Shown: positions 1 to 8,634, numbered from the stretch's first letter. The stretch is DNA of 45,670 bases from Candidatus Nealsonbacteria bacterium (GCA_003559635.1 PWKU01000016.1:1-45670); one strand, 5' to 3'. A program made the numbers and translations. Notes: generated by a model from the sequence alone, not told the origin.

Positions 1-71
1 CAATTCTTCTTAGCTTTTAAGAGCGTTCTAATGTGCGGAATATTTAAAGGCAAATATTCGCGTTTTCTAGT

Positions 72-99
72 TTGCTTTAAAAACATTTTAATATATAAT
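72..99 (+). promoter_or_regulatory. Putative sigma-70 promoter upstream of the HAD hydrolase gene
   Basis: TTGCTT (72-77), a 16 nt spacer, then TATAAT (94-99). Read directly from the sequence. Confidence 0.35.
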
Positions 100-141
100 G
101 AAACAGTTGCTTTTTAAATAAAATTTTCGCATTTTCTATTG

Positions 142-747
142 ATGAAAACATTTTGCTTTGACTTCGATGGCACAATTGCGGATACGATTCCGCTCATTGT
201 GAAAACAGTAGACTATTTACTAAAAAAAAGGGGGGATAATGAAATTAGTGAAGACTTGCTCCGTAGAATAAGAGAGGAGGGAATAGAAGAAGCGCTCAAG
301 GAAATGAATGTGCCGATATATAGGTTGCTTTTTTTATATTTGCAAATAAAAAAAGAAATGAATAAGGGGTTGGCAGATGTAGCGGTCAACGCCAACATCA
401 AGGATGTCCTTGTAAAACTTAGAAATGATGATTATCGGCTTGGAATATTGACATCAAACTCAGAAGAGAATGTAAGGAAGTTTTTAGAGAAAAATAATTT
501 GAATTATTTTGATTTCATAAAAACTTCGGGGGTACTGGGAAAAGCAAAAAAATTAAAAAAACTGAAAAAGAAAGATGACATTTTCGTGTATATCGGAGAC
601 GAGACAAGAGATATAAGAGCCGGGAAAAGGGCAAAAGTAAAGACGGTTGGAGTTTCTTGGGGGCTGAGCTCCAGAAAGGCACTACTTCGCGCAAGGCCCG
701 ATGCATTAGTAGAGGATCCTCAAGATTTATTGAATCTTTCTTTTTAA
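142..747 (+). CDS. HAD-superfamily phosphatase (subfamily IA, phosphoglycolate-phosphatase-like)
   Basis: DxDxT motif FDFDGTIADT at the N-terminus, ILTSNS (motif II) and YIGDETRDI (motif IV). The ORF track starts at TTG 139. The ATG at 142 is the more likely start. Confidence 0.8.
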   Translation: MKTFCFDFDGTIADTIPLIVKTVDYLLKKRGDNEISEDLLRRIREEGIEEALKEMNVPIYRLLFLYLQIKKEMNKGLADVAVNANIKDVLVKLRNDDYRLGILTSNSEENVRKFLEKNNLNYFDFIKTSGVLGKAKKLKKLKKKDDIFVYIGDETRDIRAGKRAKVKTVGVSWGLSSRKALLRARPDALVEDPQDLLNLSF

Positions 748-773
748 TTTTTTTATTATTTTAAACAAAGGAT

Positions 774-1973
774 ATGAAGAAAAGGGTGCTTATGTTTGGA
801 TGGGAGTTGCCACCTCATAACAGCGGGGGGCTTGGTATTGCCTGCTACGGACTTTCGAAGGCCCTTACGGAGAAAAAAAGAGAGATAATTTTTGTTCTTC
901 CAAAAAAATTGGAAAACACTGACAGTGATTTTCTAAAAATCGTCGATCCGGGAGTTTCATACAAAAGAACATACAAGTTCAATTCTCCGCTTTATCCTTA
1001 CGTGACGGAAAGAAAATATAACTCTACTTTTTTTAATCTTCAGGAAGTATATGGTAATAATTTACTAGAAGAAGTATTGCGTTATGCCGAGTTCGGAGCG
1101 GTTGTTGCGGAAGAAGAAGAATTTGATGTTATTCACGCCCATGATTGGCTTTCTTTCGGGGCGGGGATTAACGCTAAAAGAAAAAGCGGAAAGCCACTTG
1201 TGGCACACATTCATGCTACCGAATTTGACAGGGGTGGGGGAGAGGGGGTTAATGATATAGTCTATAGGTTGGAAAAAGATGGAATGGAACAAGCCGATAA
1301 AGTTATTGCCGTCAGCAACTTTACAAAAAACATTATTGTCAAACATTACGGAATTTCTCCGGAAAAAATTGAGGTAGTTCATAATGGTGTCGACTCTTCG
1401 GGAGAAGCTTCTGTGTTCTCTCTTCCCCACAAGATAAAGGAAGAAGGGAAAAAGTTGGTTCTTTTTGTTGGCAGGTTAACTCTTCAAAAAGGGCCGGATT
1501 ATTTTCTCAAGGCTGCGAAAAAGATTTGTGCCTACTCGGATGATATTTATTTTGTAATTTCGGGATCGGGAGAAATGGAGCAATTTCTTATCGAAGAAAC
1601 CGCCAAGGAGAGGCTTTCGGACAGAATTATCTTTACAGGATTTTTAAGGGGAACAGAGCTGAAAGAAATTTACCGAATGGCTGATCTTTTTGTTATGCCG
1701 TCTGTTTCAGAACCCTTTGGAATAACTCCTCTTGAGTCCTTGGTAAATGGTACGCCTGTCTTAATTTCAAAACAGTCGGGAGTTTCTGAGGTTATTTCTC
1801 ACGCGTTAAAAGTTGATTTCTGGAATGTTGATGATATGGCGGACAAAATTTTAGCGGCACTAAGTTATAACTCGCTCAGTCACTGTCTTGTCGAACACGG
1901 AAGAAAAGAAGCCGTTGAAGCAACATGGAATAATGCTGCAAAAAAGTGTATAAATATATATGATGCGTTATAA
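774..1973 (+). CDS. GT-B glycosyltransferase, GT4/GT5-like (archaeal-type glycogen-synthase-like)
   Basis: N-terminal GWELPPHNSGGLGIACYGLSKAL loop and C-terminal PSVSEPFGITPLESLVNGTPV (E-x7-E region) typical of retaining GT4/GT5 enzymes. First gene of the glycogen cluster. Confidence 0.8.
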   Translation: MKKRVLMFGWELPPHNSGGLGIACYGLSKALTEKKREIIFVLPKKLENTDSDFLKIVDPGVSYKRTYKFNSPLYPYVTERKYNSTFFNLQEVYGNNLLEEVLRYAEFGAVVAEEEEFDVIHAHDWLSFGAGINAKRKSGKPLVAHIHATEFDRGGGEGVNDIVYRLEKDGMEQADKVIAVSNFTKNIIVKHYGISPEKIEVVHNGVDSSGEASVFSLPHKIKEEGKKLVLFVGRLTLQKGPDYFLKAAKKICAYSDDIYFVISGSGEMEQFLIEETAKERLSDRIIFTGFLRGTELKEIYRMADLFVMPSVSEPFGITPLESLVNGTPVLISKQSGVSEVISHALKVDFWNVDDMADKILAALSYNSLSHCLVEHGRKEAVEATWNNAAKKCINIYDAL

Positions 1974-1994
1974 CGGTTTAAACCAATAGTAAAA

Positions 1995-3203
1995 ATGCCT
2001 TCAGTTTGTTTTTATTTTCAAGTTCATCAACCGTATAGGATTAGAAAATATACTTTTTTTGATATTGGAAAAGAAAACGCTTATTTTGACGGCGATGGCG
2101 AAAATAACCTCAACAACCGTTTTATAATGCAAAAAGTTGCGAAGAAGTGTTATATTCCAACAAACAAGCTACTCTTTAAGCTGTTAAAGAATCATCCGGA
2201 ATTTCGTTTTACTTTTTCCTTTTCGGGGATTGTTTTAGAACAAATGGAGCGTTATGCTCCCGAAGCGCTCGAGTCTTTTCGCGATCTCATAAGCACCGGA
2301 AGAGTGGAGGTTTTGGGAGAAACTTATTATCACTCTCTGGCCTTTATGTATTCGAAAAAAGAATTTCGAGAACAGGTGGAAATGAACAGAGAAAAAATAA
2401 AGAAACTTTTTTCAGTAGAGCCCAGAGTTTTTCGCTGTACCGAGCTTGCCTACAGCAACGAGATTGCCAAGGAGGCTGAGGAGATGGGATTTAAAGCTAT
2501 CTTGGGAGAAGGAGCTGATCGAGTTTTAGGTTGGAGAAGCCCAAATTTCGTATACAAACCGGTAAATTCAAATATTAAACTCTTTTTAAAAAACTATAGG
2601 CTCTCTGATGATATTGCATTTCGTTTCTCGGAGAAAAAATGGAAGGAGCATCCTCTTACCGCCGAAAAATTTGGTAAATGGGTTTCGGATGTCAATGGAA
2701 ATGGGGAGGTTGTTAATCTTTTCATGGATTATGAGACTTTTGGAGAGCACCAGTGGGAAGAAACAGGGATATTCAGGTTTTTGGAGAGGTTACCTGAGGA
2801 GGTTTTAAGGCATCCTGACAACGATTTTGCAACACTTTCTGAGGGGTCTGAAAGATATGATGCGAGAGATGTGGTTGATGTTCCACATGTAACTTCTTGG
2901 GCTGATATGGAGCGTGACCTTTCAGCGTGGGTCGGAAATGATATGCAACAAGACGCCTTGTGCAAGCTTTACGAAATTGAGGAAGACGTGCTTGCTACAA
3001 AAGACGAAGAAATGATTGACCAATGGAGGAGATTTCAGACGTCTGACCAAGTTTATTATATGTCCACCAAGGGAATGGGAGATGGAACTGTTCACGGGTA
3101 TTTTAGCCCTTACGGTTCGCCATACGATGCCTTTATATGTTTTTTTAATGCTCTTAGCGATTTCAAGCTAAGAGTAAGTGAGAAGAAGAATATTAAAAAA
3201 TAA
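1995..3203 (+). CDS. Glycoside hydrolase family 57 (alpha-amylase/amylopullulanase/branching-enzyme family; specificity unknown)
   Basis: N-terminal FYFQVHQPYR signature. The TELAYS and MDYETFGEH segments match the GH57 catalytic Glu/Asp regions by eye. Confidence 0.85.
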   Translation: MPSVCFYFQVHQPYRIRKYTFFDIGKENAYFDGDGENNLNNRFIMQKVAKKCYIPTNKLLFKLLKNHPEFRFTFSFSGIVLEQMERYAPEALESFRDLISTGRVEVLGETYYHSLAFMYSKKEFREQVEMNREKIKKLFSVEPRVFRCTELAYSNEIAKEAEEMGFKAILGEGADRVLGWRSPNFVYKPVNSNIKLFLKNYRLSDDIAFRFSEKKWKEHPLTAEKFGKWVSDVNGNGEVVNLFMDYETFGEHQWEETGIFRFLERLPEEVLRHPDNDFATLSEGSERYDARDVVDVPHVTSWADMERDLSAWVGNDMQQDALCKLYEIEEDVLATKDEEMIDQWRRFQTSDQVYYMSTKGMGDGTVHGYFSPYGSPYDAFICFFNALSDFKLRVSEKKNIKK

Positions 3204-3237
3204 CTCCGGCACCAATTATTTATAATCAAAAATTTAT

Positions 3238-5040
3238 ATGAAAAAAGCTGAAAAAATAACTCCAACAGCCGATAAATTATTCGAGGTTTCTTTTGAGGTT
3301 TGCAACAGAGTAGGGGGTATCTATAGAGTACTCGAATCAAAGGCGGATAAGATGATTCAGCATTATGATGATAAATATTTTCTTGTAGGACCCTATTATC
3401 GGGAAAAGGCAAAAGGAGAATTCAAGGAAGAGGCGGCTCCTCCGAAAATTAGGAAAATTTTTGAAAAACTGGAAGATGAAGGAATAAGGTGCCACTATGG
3501 AAGGTGGCTTGTTAAAGGAAAACCGTTGGCAATTCTTATTGATTTCACCGATTATTTCTACAAAGTTAATGAGATTAAGAAAGAGATGTGGGATAATTTT
3601 GGTGTTGATTCCCTACATACAGGATATGATTACAACGAACCTACTTGTTGGGCTTACGCGGCGGGGAGATTAATCAGGGAAATTTATTCGGAATATAATG
3701 GAGAAAAAATTGTAGCTCACTTCCACGAGTGGCTTTCTACGGCCGGACTTCTGTATTTGAAATCGAAAAACTGCAATGTAAAAACGGTATTTACAACTCA
3801 TGCAACGAGCCTTGGCAGAACACTCGCTTTTCACAGCATCAATTTTTATAAAAATTTGGACAAGATATCACCCGATGAGGAGGCGAGAAAATACGGTGTT
3901 TTTCCCAAACACTCTGTTGAAAAGACAGCCGCGAAGGAGTGTGATATCTTTACGACAGTGAGCGAGATTACGGGCATGGAGGCAGAAAAATTTTTAGGGA
4001 GAAAACCGGATGTCCTACTCCCAAATGGTCTTGATATAGAAAAGTTTTTAAGCTTTGAGGATATTGCTGTAAAGCACCGTTTGCAAAGAAGAAGATTGAG
4101 AAATTTTGTGGGTTCATATTTCTTTCCTTATTATAAGTTTGATTTGGAGAATACGCTCTTTTATTTCATTATCGGCAGAAATGAGCTGCGGGCAAAAGGA
4201 ATCGATATTTATATTGATGCTCTCGGAAGACTGAATAAAAAAATGCAGGAGGAGAAAAAAGATCGAACGGTTGTCGCTTTTTTGTTCATTCCCGCAGATG
4301 TTAGAGGAATAAATCCGTCGCTTCTTGAAAATGTTGAATACTTCAAGGATTTGGAGGAGTCACTTGAAAGCGCTCTTCCCAACATAGAAGAAAGAATACT
4401 TTATAATATTTTAAAAGAAGAAGAATTAACGAGAGAGAATCTCATAAGTGAAGAATATTTACTGGAAATTGAAAAGAAACTTCACAGGATGAAGCGTACC
4501 GGCGAGACTCCTTCGCTTTCTACTCACCACCTAAACTCTTTGCATGATGAAATTATAAATCACCTAAAAAACGCGGAACTTTTAAACAAAGAAAGTGACA
4601 GAGTAAAGGTTATTTATTACCCCGTTTACTTAACAGGCTACGACGGTCTTTCTAATTTAAATTATGAAGAGGCGCTTGAAGCATGCCATATGGGCGTTTT
4701 CCCTAGTTTTTATGAACCATGGGGATACACTCCGCTTGAAGCGGCCGCCCTGGGAGTTTCATCGGTAACAACCGATTTGGCCGGCTTTGGAAGATTTCGA
4801 AAAGGATTAAAAACAAAGAAAGATCGTCCGGGAGTTTATATCTTGGAGAGAGAAAAAAAAGAGGATAGTGAGGTTGTAGATGATTTGTATTCATTTTTGT
4901 ATGATTTCATGAAAACCTCTAGAAGAGAAAGAGTGGAAAACAAGATTGAGGCGAGGAAAATTGCCTCAAAGGCTGACTGGCAAAATTTTGTAATTAACTA
5001 CATAGAGGCTCATAATAAATCTTTTCAGGAGAAAAAGTAA
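3238..5040 (+). CDS. Glycogen synthase, eukaryote-type GT3 family (predicted UDP-glucose dependent)
   Basis: Aligns by eye with animal/fungal glycogen synthase over most of its length: FEVSFEVCNRVGGIYRVLESKA, YFLVGPY, HYGRWLVKG, VAHFHEWLS, FTTHATSLGR, PNGLDIEKF, FYFIIGRNELRAKGID, GVFPSFYEPWGYTPLEAAALG. Confidence 0.9.
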   Translation: MKKAEKITPTADKLFEVSFEVCNRVGGIYRVLESKADKMIQHYDDKYFLVGPYYREKAKGEFKEEAAPPKIRKIFEKLEDEGIRCHYGRWLVKGKPLAILIDFTDYFYKVNEIKKEMWDNFGVDSLHTGYDYNEPTCWAYAAGRLIREIYSEYNGEKIVAHFHEWLSTAGLLYLKSKNCNVKTVFTTHATSLGRTLAFHSINFYKNLDKISPDEEARKYGVFPKHSVEKTAAKECDIFTTVSEITGMEAEKFLGRKPDVLLPNGLDIEKFLSFEDIAVKHRLQRRRLRNFVGSYFFPYYKFDLENTLFYFIIGRNELRAKGIDIYIDALGRLNKKMQEEKKDRTVVAFLFIPADVRGINPSLLENVEYFKDLEESLESALPNIEERILYNILKEEELTRENLISEEYLLEIEKKLHRMKRTGETPSLSTHHLNSLHDEIINHLKNAELLNKESDRVKVIYYPVYLTGYDGLSNLNYEEALEACHMGVFPSFYEPWGYTPLEAAALGVSSVTTDLAGFGRFRKGLKTKKDRPGVYILEREKKEDSEVVDDLYSFLYDFMKTSRRERVENKIEARKIASKADWQNFVINYIEAHNKSFQEKK

Positions 5041-5041
5041 A

Positions 5042-6730
5042 ATGAAAGTAACACATTTTTTGGGGCCAAAAAATCAAATAAGCAAGGAAGTGGACGGTGC
5101 AAGCTTTTTACTCTCTGGTAATGCGGGTGATTATTTGTGGCTTGACGGACACACAAAAAGTCGCTATCAAGGATGGTTTTGCCGAATAGCGGACAAGATG
5201 TATCGTATTGTTGAAGGATTTGAAATTGAAAACGGTGGGGAGGTGGAGGAGATTCAGAACGGATTCAACCACATTGAACGAAAAAGAGAGAATGTTACAG
5301 AGATATTTCATTTGCCGAATTTTTCACATACGCTTATTTATGAGCTGAGTGAAGAGAAGAAAGTTGATGTTTTTCTTGATGTAAGAGAATCATATTCTTC
5401 CTTGAAAGCAAAAGATTATATTTTCCAAAAAGAGAAAGGATTTTTGACTTTGCGATTTTATAATAATCTTTTCCTGGCGGTAAAATGCGAAGACGGAGAG
5501 AACATTGCTTCTCTTGAGCACCGGTATTATGAATATGACGAAAGAAGAAATTCTCCGCCGTTTGACAGAAGCGTTTACAGAGGAATCTCCTTGTCCGGCA
5601 AAAAATTTGTTTTTGGAGTAGGGGAGAGTAAGAAGGACGCAATAGAAGAGGCTGAAAAAGAAATATCAAAAAGAGTTTTTAAAGAAAACGAAAAGATAGA
5701 TGTTCTTTGCGCCAAAAAGTCCCTTGAAGGGCTGTTGGTAGAAAGTCAGCCGGGTATTTATGCGGGGCTTCCTTGGTTTTTTCATTTTTGGCCGAGAGAT
5801 GAAGCAATATCACTTAAATCTCTAATTAAGGTTAACCCGTCAAAAGCAAAAGAAATATTCTTCCGATTACTATCTAAAGGACTTGAAAAAGGACCCGGAG
5901 GGGTAATAAATATAGACGCCATTGGATGGCTCTTTAAACGAGCAGAAGATATTTTACCCGTAACGGATATCTCGGAAAAAGAAAAAATACGAAGATTTTT
6001 GAAGAAGTATCTGGAAGATTTTCTGTTGTTTTTCACCGAAAACGGCTTTGCCGTAAATCGTCCGAATGAGACATGGATGGACAGCTTGGATCGGAGCGGA
6101 GCCAGAATTGAGTTACAGGCAATGAAACTTAATATGTATAAAATGGCGAGGATTCTTTCTAATAAGAAGAGTGAGAGGGATTTTTACGGAAGAATGGAAG
6201 GCGAGATGAAGCAAAAAGTGAAAAATGTTTTTTTTGACGGAGAAAACCTTTATGATGGGTATTATCCTCATAAAGATATTATTGAAAAAGAAATTCGTCC
6301 CAATATATTTATTGCGGCCTATATATATCCCGAGCTGCTCCAGAAGAAGGAATGGATAAAGTGTTTTGACAATGCGCTTGCTAAGCTTTGGCTTCCCTGG
6401 GGAGGAATTGCGACGCTGAATAAAGAGAGTGAAGGCTTTTACTGGGAGCACACCGGAGAGAGCCCGGAAAGTTATCATCAAGGGGATAGTTGGTTTTACA
6501 TAAACAATCTTACAGCTTGCGTTCTCTCGAAACTTAACAAGCGGAAATACGGCAGTTATATAGAAAAGATTATGCAGGCTAGTCAAGAAGAGATTCTCTG
6601 GATGGGGGCTGTGGGGTCTCATGGAGAAGTAAGCTCTGCAAAAGCATTGGAGAGCAGGGGCGCTGTGAGCCAGGCGTGGAGCTGTGCGATGTACCTAGAA
6701 GCGAAAGAGAAAACAAAAAGACTCTTTTAG
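5042..6730 (+). CDS. Glycogen debranching enzyme-like protein (amylo-alpha-1,6-glucosidase, GDE_C six-hairpin domain)
   Basis: HFWPRDEAISL, ETWMDSLDRSG and YHQGDSWFY segments resemble the GDE_C family. The start lies 1 nt after the GT3 stop codon. Confidence 0.8.
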   Translation: MKVTHFLGPKNQISKEVDGASFLLSGNAGDYLWLDGHTKSRYQGWFCRIADKMYRIVEGFEIENGGEVEEIQNGFNHIERKRENVTEIFHLPNFSHTLIYELSEEKKVDVFLDVRESYSSLKAKDYIFQKEKGFLTLRFYNNLFLAVKCEDGENIASLEHRYYEYDERRNSPPFDRSVYRGISLSGKKFVFGVGESKKDAIEEAEKEISKRVFKENEKIDVLCAKKSLEGLLVESQPGIYAGLPWFFHFWPRDEAISLKSLIKVNPSKAKEIFFRLLSKGLEKGPGGVINIDAIGWLFKRAEDILPVTDISEKEKIRRFLKKYLEDFLLFFTENGFAVNRPNETWMDSLDRSGARIELQAMKLNMYKMARILSNKKSERDFYGRMEGEMKQKVKNVFFDGENLYDGYYPHKDIIEKEIRPNIFIAAYIYPELLQKKEWIKCFDNALAKLWLPWGGIATLNKESEGFYWEHTGESPESYHQGDSWFYINNLTACVLSKLNKRKYGSYIEKIMQASQEEILWMGAVGSHGEVSSAKALESRGAVSQAWSCAMYLEAKEKTKRLF

Positions 6731-6758
6731 AGAAAGGAGGAAGTTATTTTTCCTTTCT
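6731..6758. terminator. Hairpin between the convergent stop codons of the GDE-like gene and the OLD gene
   Basis: AGAAAGGAGGAA (6731-6742) pairs with TTTTTCCTTTCT (6747-6758), giving a 12 bp stem that includes 2 G-U pairs, with loop GTTA. There is no clean external T-tract, so this is not a canonical intrinsic terminator. Confidence 0.35.
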
Positions 6759-6761
6759 ATA

Positions 6762-8015
6762 TTATATTATCTCCAGTATTTCTTTGATTGTTCTCATGGG
6801 CGAACTATCATAATCTTTGTCGTTTATTTTTTGAGATACAAGCAAAGCCGCAAGAGGTTTTGCTTCTTTGTTTCTATAGCGCGCGGGATAAGTATGTTCA
6901 AGATCTTTCTCCAATATAAAGATCTCTAATTTTTTCAAAGCATTTATTTTTTCTTTATGAGATTGCTTTTTACTAAACTTTGGAAACTTTCCCAATCTTC
7001 GCAGAGAAATAGAAGTGAAGGCATCACTGTCAAGCATTACCGCATAGGGGATATTAAAGACATCGCAAAGGTTTGCGTAAAGGTCTACAGACCCTTTACC
7101 TCGGGTGTAGACCACCTTAATATCCTTGTCTTTGCGGTAAAATCGGTTAATCATCTCACGCATAAAAATAGCGTCGGAAACTCCTTCGACAAGCAAGACC
7201 TTGTCGGCAAAAAGCATTCCTGAATTATCGTCGTTTATTTCTTGGACAAGTCGGTCGAGATCTACATCCTTTTTATGAAAGCCGAAAAGAGAGGTGCTAT
7301 TATTTTTATTGCGAGCAACTCTCCAGATATTGGGCAGATATTTTGCTTGTATAAATGTGGGGTGGTGTGTAGTAAATAATATCTGCTTCCCGTAGTGATT
7401 TTTTTCTAAGAAATAAAGAAACCTTTTTATAATTGACGGATGAAGATGGATTTCCGGCTCGTCGATGAGAATAATTTTGTATCGAGGGTGGAATATATAA
7501 AAGAGGATCACGAAGAGCCTCTTAAACCCTTCACCCATTCTTCGTACCGAGCGAGTTTTTTTGTCAGAATAAATATTATAAAGAAAGAGCTCTTCGTTTA
7601 TCTCAATTTCTTTAAAGTACTTCTCAAGCACTCGCGAAAACTCTTTGTATTCTTTCGGGTAGTCTTCTTTGAAACTTTTAAGATTATCAACGACCCGAGA
7701 ATAATCTATTTTATCATTAATACGGATAAAGCAATCTCTGAAAGTCACCTCAGATGGGTTTGACAACTTCCCGCCCTTATAAGTGAGAAAATATCTCTTG
7801 GAGTTTGACTTAAGAGTGATTTTGATATCGGCATCTTTGTCCAAAAACCTGTCGGACTCCAACTCTTCTTCAAAGAAGAGGTTTATTGCGTCGAGGATAT
7901 TTGTCTTTCCCGCATTATTGGGACCGACTAAAATATGAAAGTCAAAAAAATCTCTTAAGTGGAGAGGTTCTTTTATACTCTTGTAATGATTGATAACAAC
8001 TTCTTCAATATGCAT
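6762..8015 (-). CDS. OLD-family ATP-dependent endonuclease (ABC-type ATPase fused to a Toprim domain), compact at 417 aa
   Basis: Walker A GPNNAGKTN, signature-like MGEGFKRLF, Walker B ILIDEPEIHLHP, H-loop FTTHHP. C-terminal Toprim motifs LLVEGVSDAIF (Glu) and AVMLDSDA (DxD). Confidence 0.8.
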   Translation of the reverse strand: MHIEEVVINHYKSIKEPLHLRDFFDFHILVGPNNAGKTNILDAINLFFEEELESDRFLDKDADIKITLKSNSKRYFLTYKGGKLSNPSEVTFRDCFIRINDKIDYSRVVDNLKSFKEDYPKEYKEFSRVLEKYFKEIEINEELFLYNIYSDKKTRSVRRMGEGFKRLFVILFYIFHPRYKIILIDEPEIHLHPSIIKRFLYFLEKNHYGKQILFTTHHPTFIQAKYLPNIWRVARNKNNSTSLFGFHKKDVDLDRLVQEINDDNSGMLFADKVLLVEGVSDAIFMREMINRFYRKDKDIKVVYTRGKGSVDLYANLCDVFNIPYAVMLDSDAFTSISLRRLGKFPKFSKKQSHKEKINALKKLEIFILEKDLEHTYPARYRNKEAKPLAALLVSQKINDKDYDSSPMRTIKEILEII

Positions 8016-8021
8016 TGTCCT

Positions 8022-8050
8022 ATTATAAATTTAATTGAATTAAAAATCAA
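8022..8050 (-). promoter_or_regulatory. Putative promoter of the OLD gene; spacing implies a leaderless mRNA
   Basis: The minus strand reads TTGATT, 17 nt, TATAAT, AGGACA, ATG. The -10 element ends 6 nt before the start codon at 8015. Confidence 0.45.
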
Positions 8051-8108
8051 AAGGTTTTAATAGTTAAAAATAAGGAATTTTTGCACAGGAGTGTTTTCTA
8101 ATCAACAA

Positions 8109-8255
8109 ATGAGGCTGAAATGAAAGTTGTGAAACTCATCATTTGTCATTCCCGTGTCCTCTCTGTGTCATTCCCGACTTGATCGGGAATCCAGAGATAA
8201 AAGGGGCTGTTTCAGCCTCCTTTTGCGTTAGAAAACGGTATCATTTCAGCCTCAT
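8109..8255. repeat. 147 bp structured element bounded by perfect 15 bp inverted repeats (MITE/REP-like element or small RNA)
   Basis: ATGAGGCTGAAATGA (8109-8123) is the reverse complement of TCATTTCAGCCTCAT (8241-8255). Inside are the direct repeat TGTCATTCCCG x2 (8144-8154, 8166-8176), the hairpin ATTCCCGA-CTTGA-TCGGGAAT (8170-8190), and the terminator-like hairpin GGCTG-TTT-CAGCC flanked by A- and T-runs (8198-8224). Confidence 0.6.
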
Positions 8256-8278
8256 CTTGCATTGTACAACACTAGGGG

Positions 8279-8306
8279 TTGCATAATTTATAGAATTGTC
8301 TATAAT
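8279..8306 (+). promoter_or_regulatory. Putative sigma-70 promoter for the acidic membrane protein / GerMN gene block
   Basis: TTGCAT (8279-8284), a 16 nt spacer, then TATAAT (8301-8306). Confidence 0.5.
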
Positions 8307-8352
8307 GCTTTAAGATTAAAAGGTCGAGTTTTACACATTAAATAAAACAGAT

Positions 8353-8634
8353 ATGGATACCAAAAAGATACTTATCGTCATCGCGATAGTTCTGGCAGTT
8401 GTTATCGTCATCGCCGCTTTTTCTCTAATGGATGAAACTGGTGAATTTCCTGTCGATGACCAACTGGATGATGAACTTGAAGATCCTTTTGTAGACGATG
8501 AATTTGACTTTGAATTTGACGACGAAGAAATGGACGAAGAAGTAGATGAAGACGACGAAGAAATGGATGAAGAAGACGAAGACGACGAAGAAATGGATGA
8601 AGAAGACGAAGACGACGAAGAACTCGAAGAGTAA
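8353..8634 (+). CDS. Single-pass membrane protein with an extremely acidic, repeat-encoded tail
   Basis: N-terminal KK followed by the hydrophobic helix ILIVIAIVLAVVIVIAAF, then about 65 residues that are almost entirely D/E with DEDDEEMDEE repeats. A terminator follows. Confidence 0.6.
   Translation: MDTKKILIVIAIVLAVVIVIAAFSLMDETGEFPVDDQLDDELEDPFVDDEFDFEFDDEEMDEEVDEDDEEMDEEDEDDEEMDEEDEDDEELEE
8518..8622 (+). repeat. In-frame 30 nt tandem repeat (about 3.4 copies) inside the acidic protein gene
   Basis: GACGACGAAGAAATGGATGAAGAAGACGAA is identical at 8551-8580 and 8581-8610. A degenerate 33 nt copy lies at 8518-8550 and a partial copy at 8611-8622. Confidence 0.9.

Noticed and set aside
6113-6622. 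Other long antisense or alternative-frame ORFs (6113-6622 -, 19959-20393 -, 29768-30178 -, 44826-45314 -, 18137-18514 -, 31056-31430 +, 16635-16850 +, 10644-10877 -)
   Set aside because: Each lies entirely within, or mostly overlaps, a confidently assigned conserved gene. They have biased low-complexity composition and no recognisable motifs.
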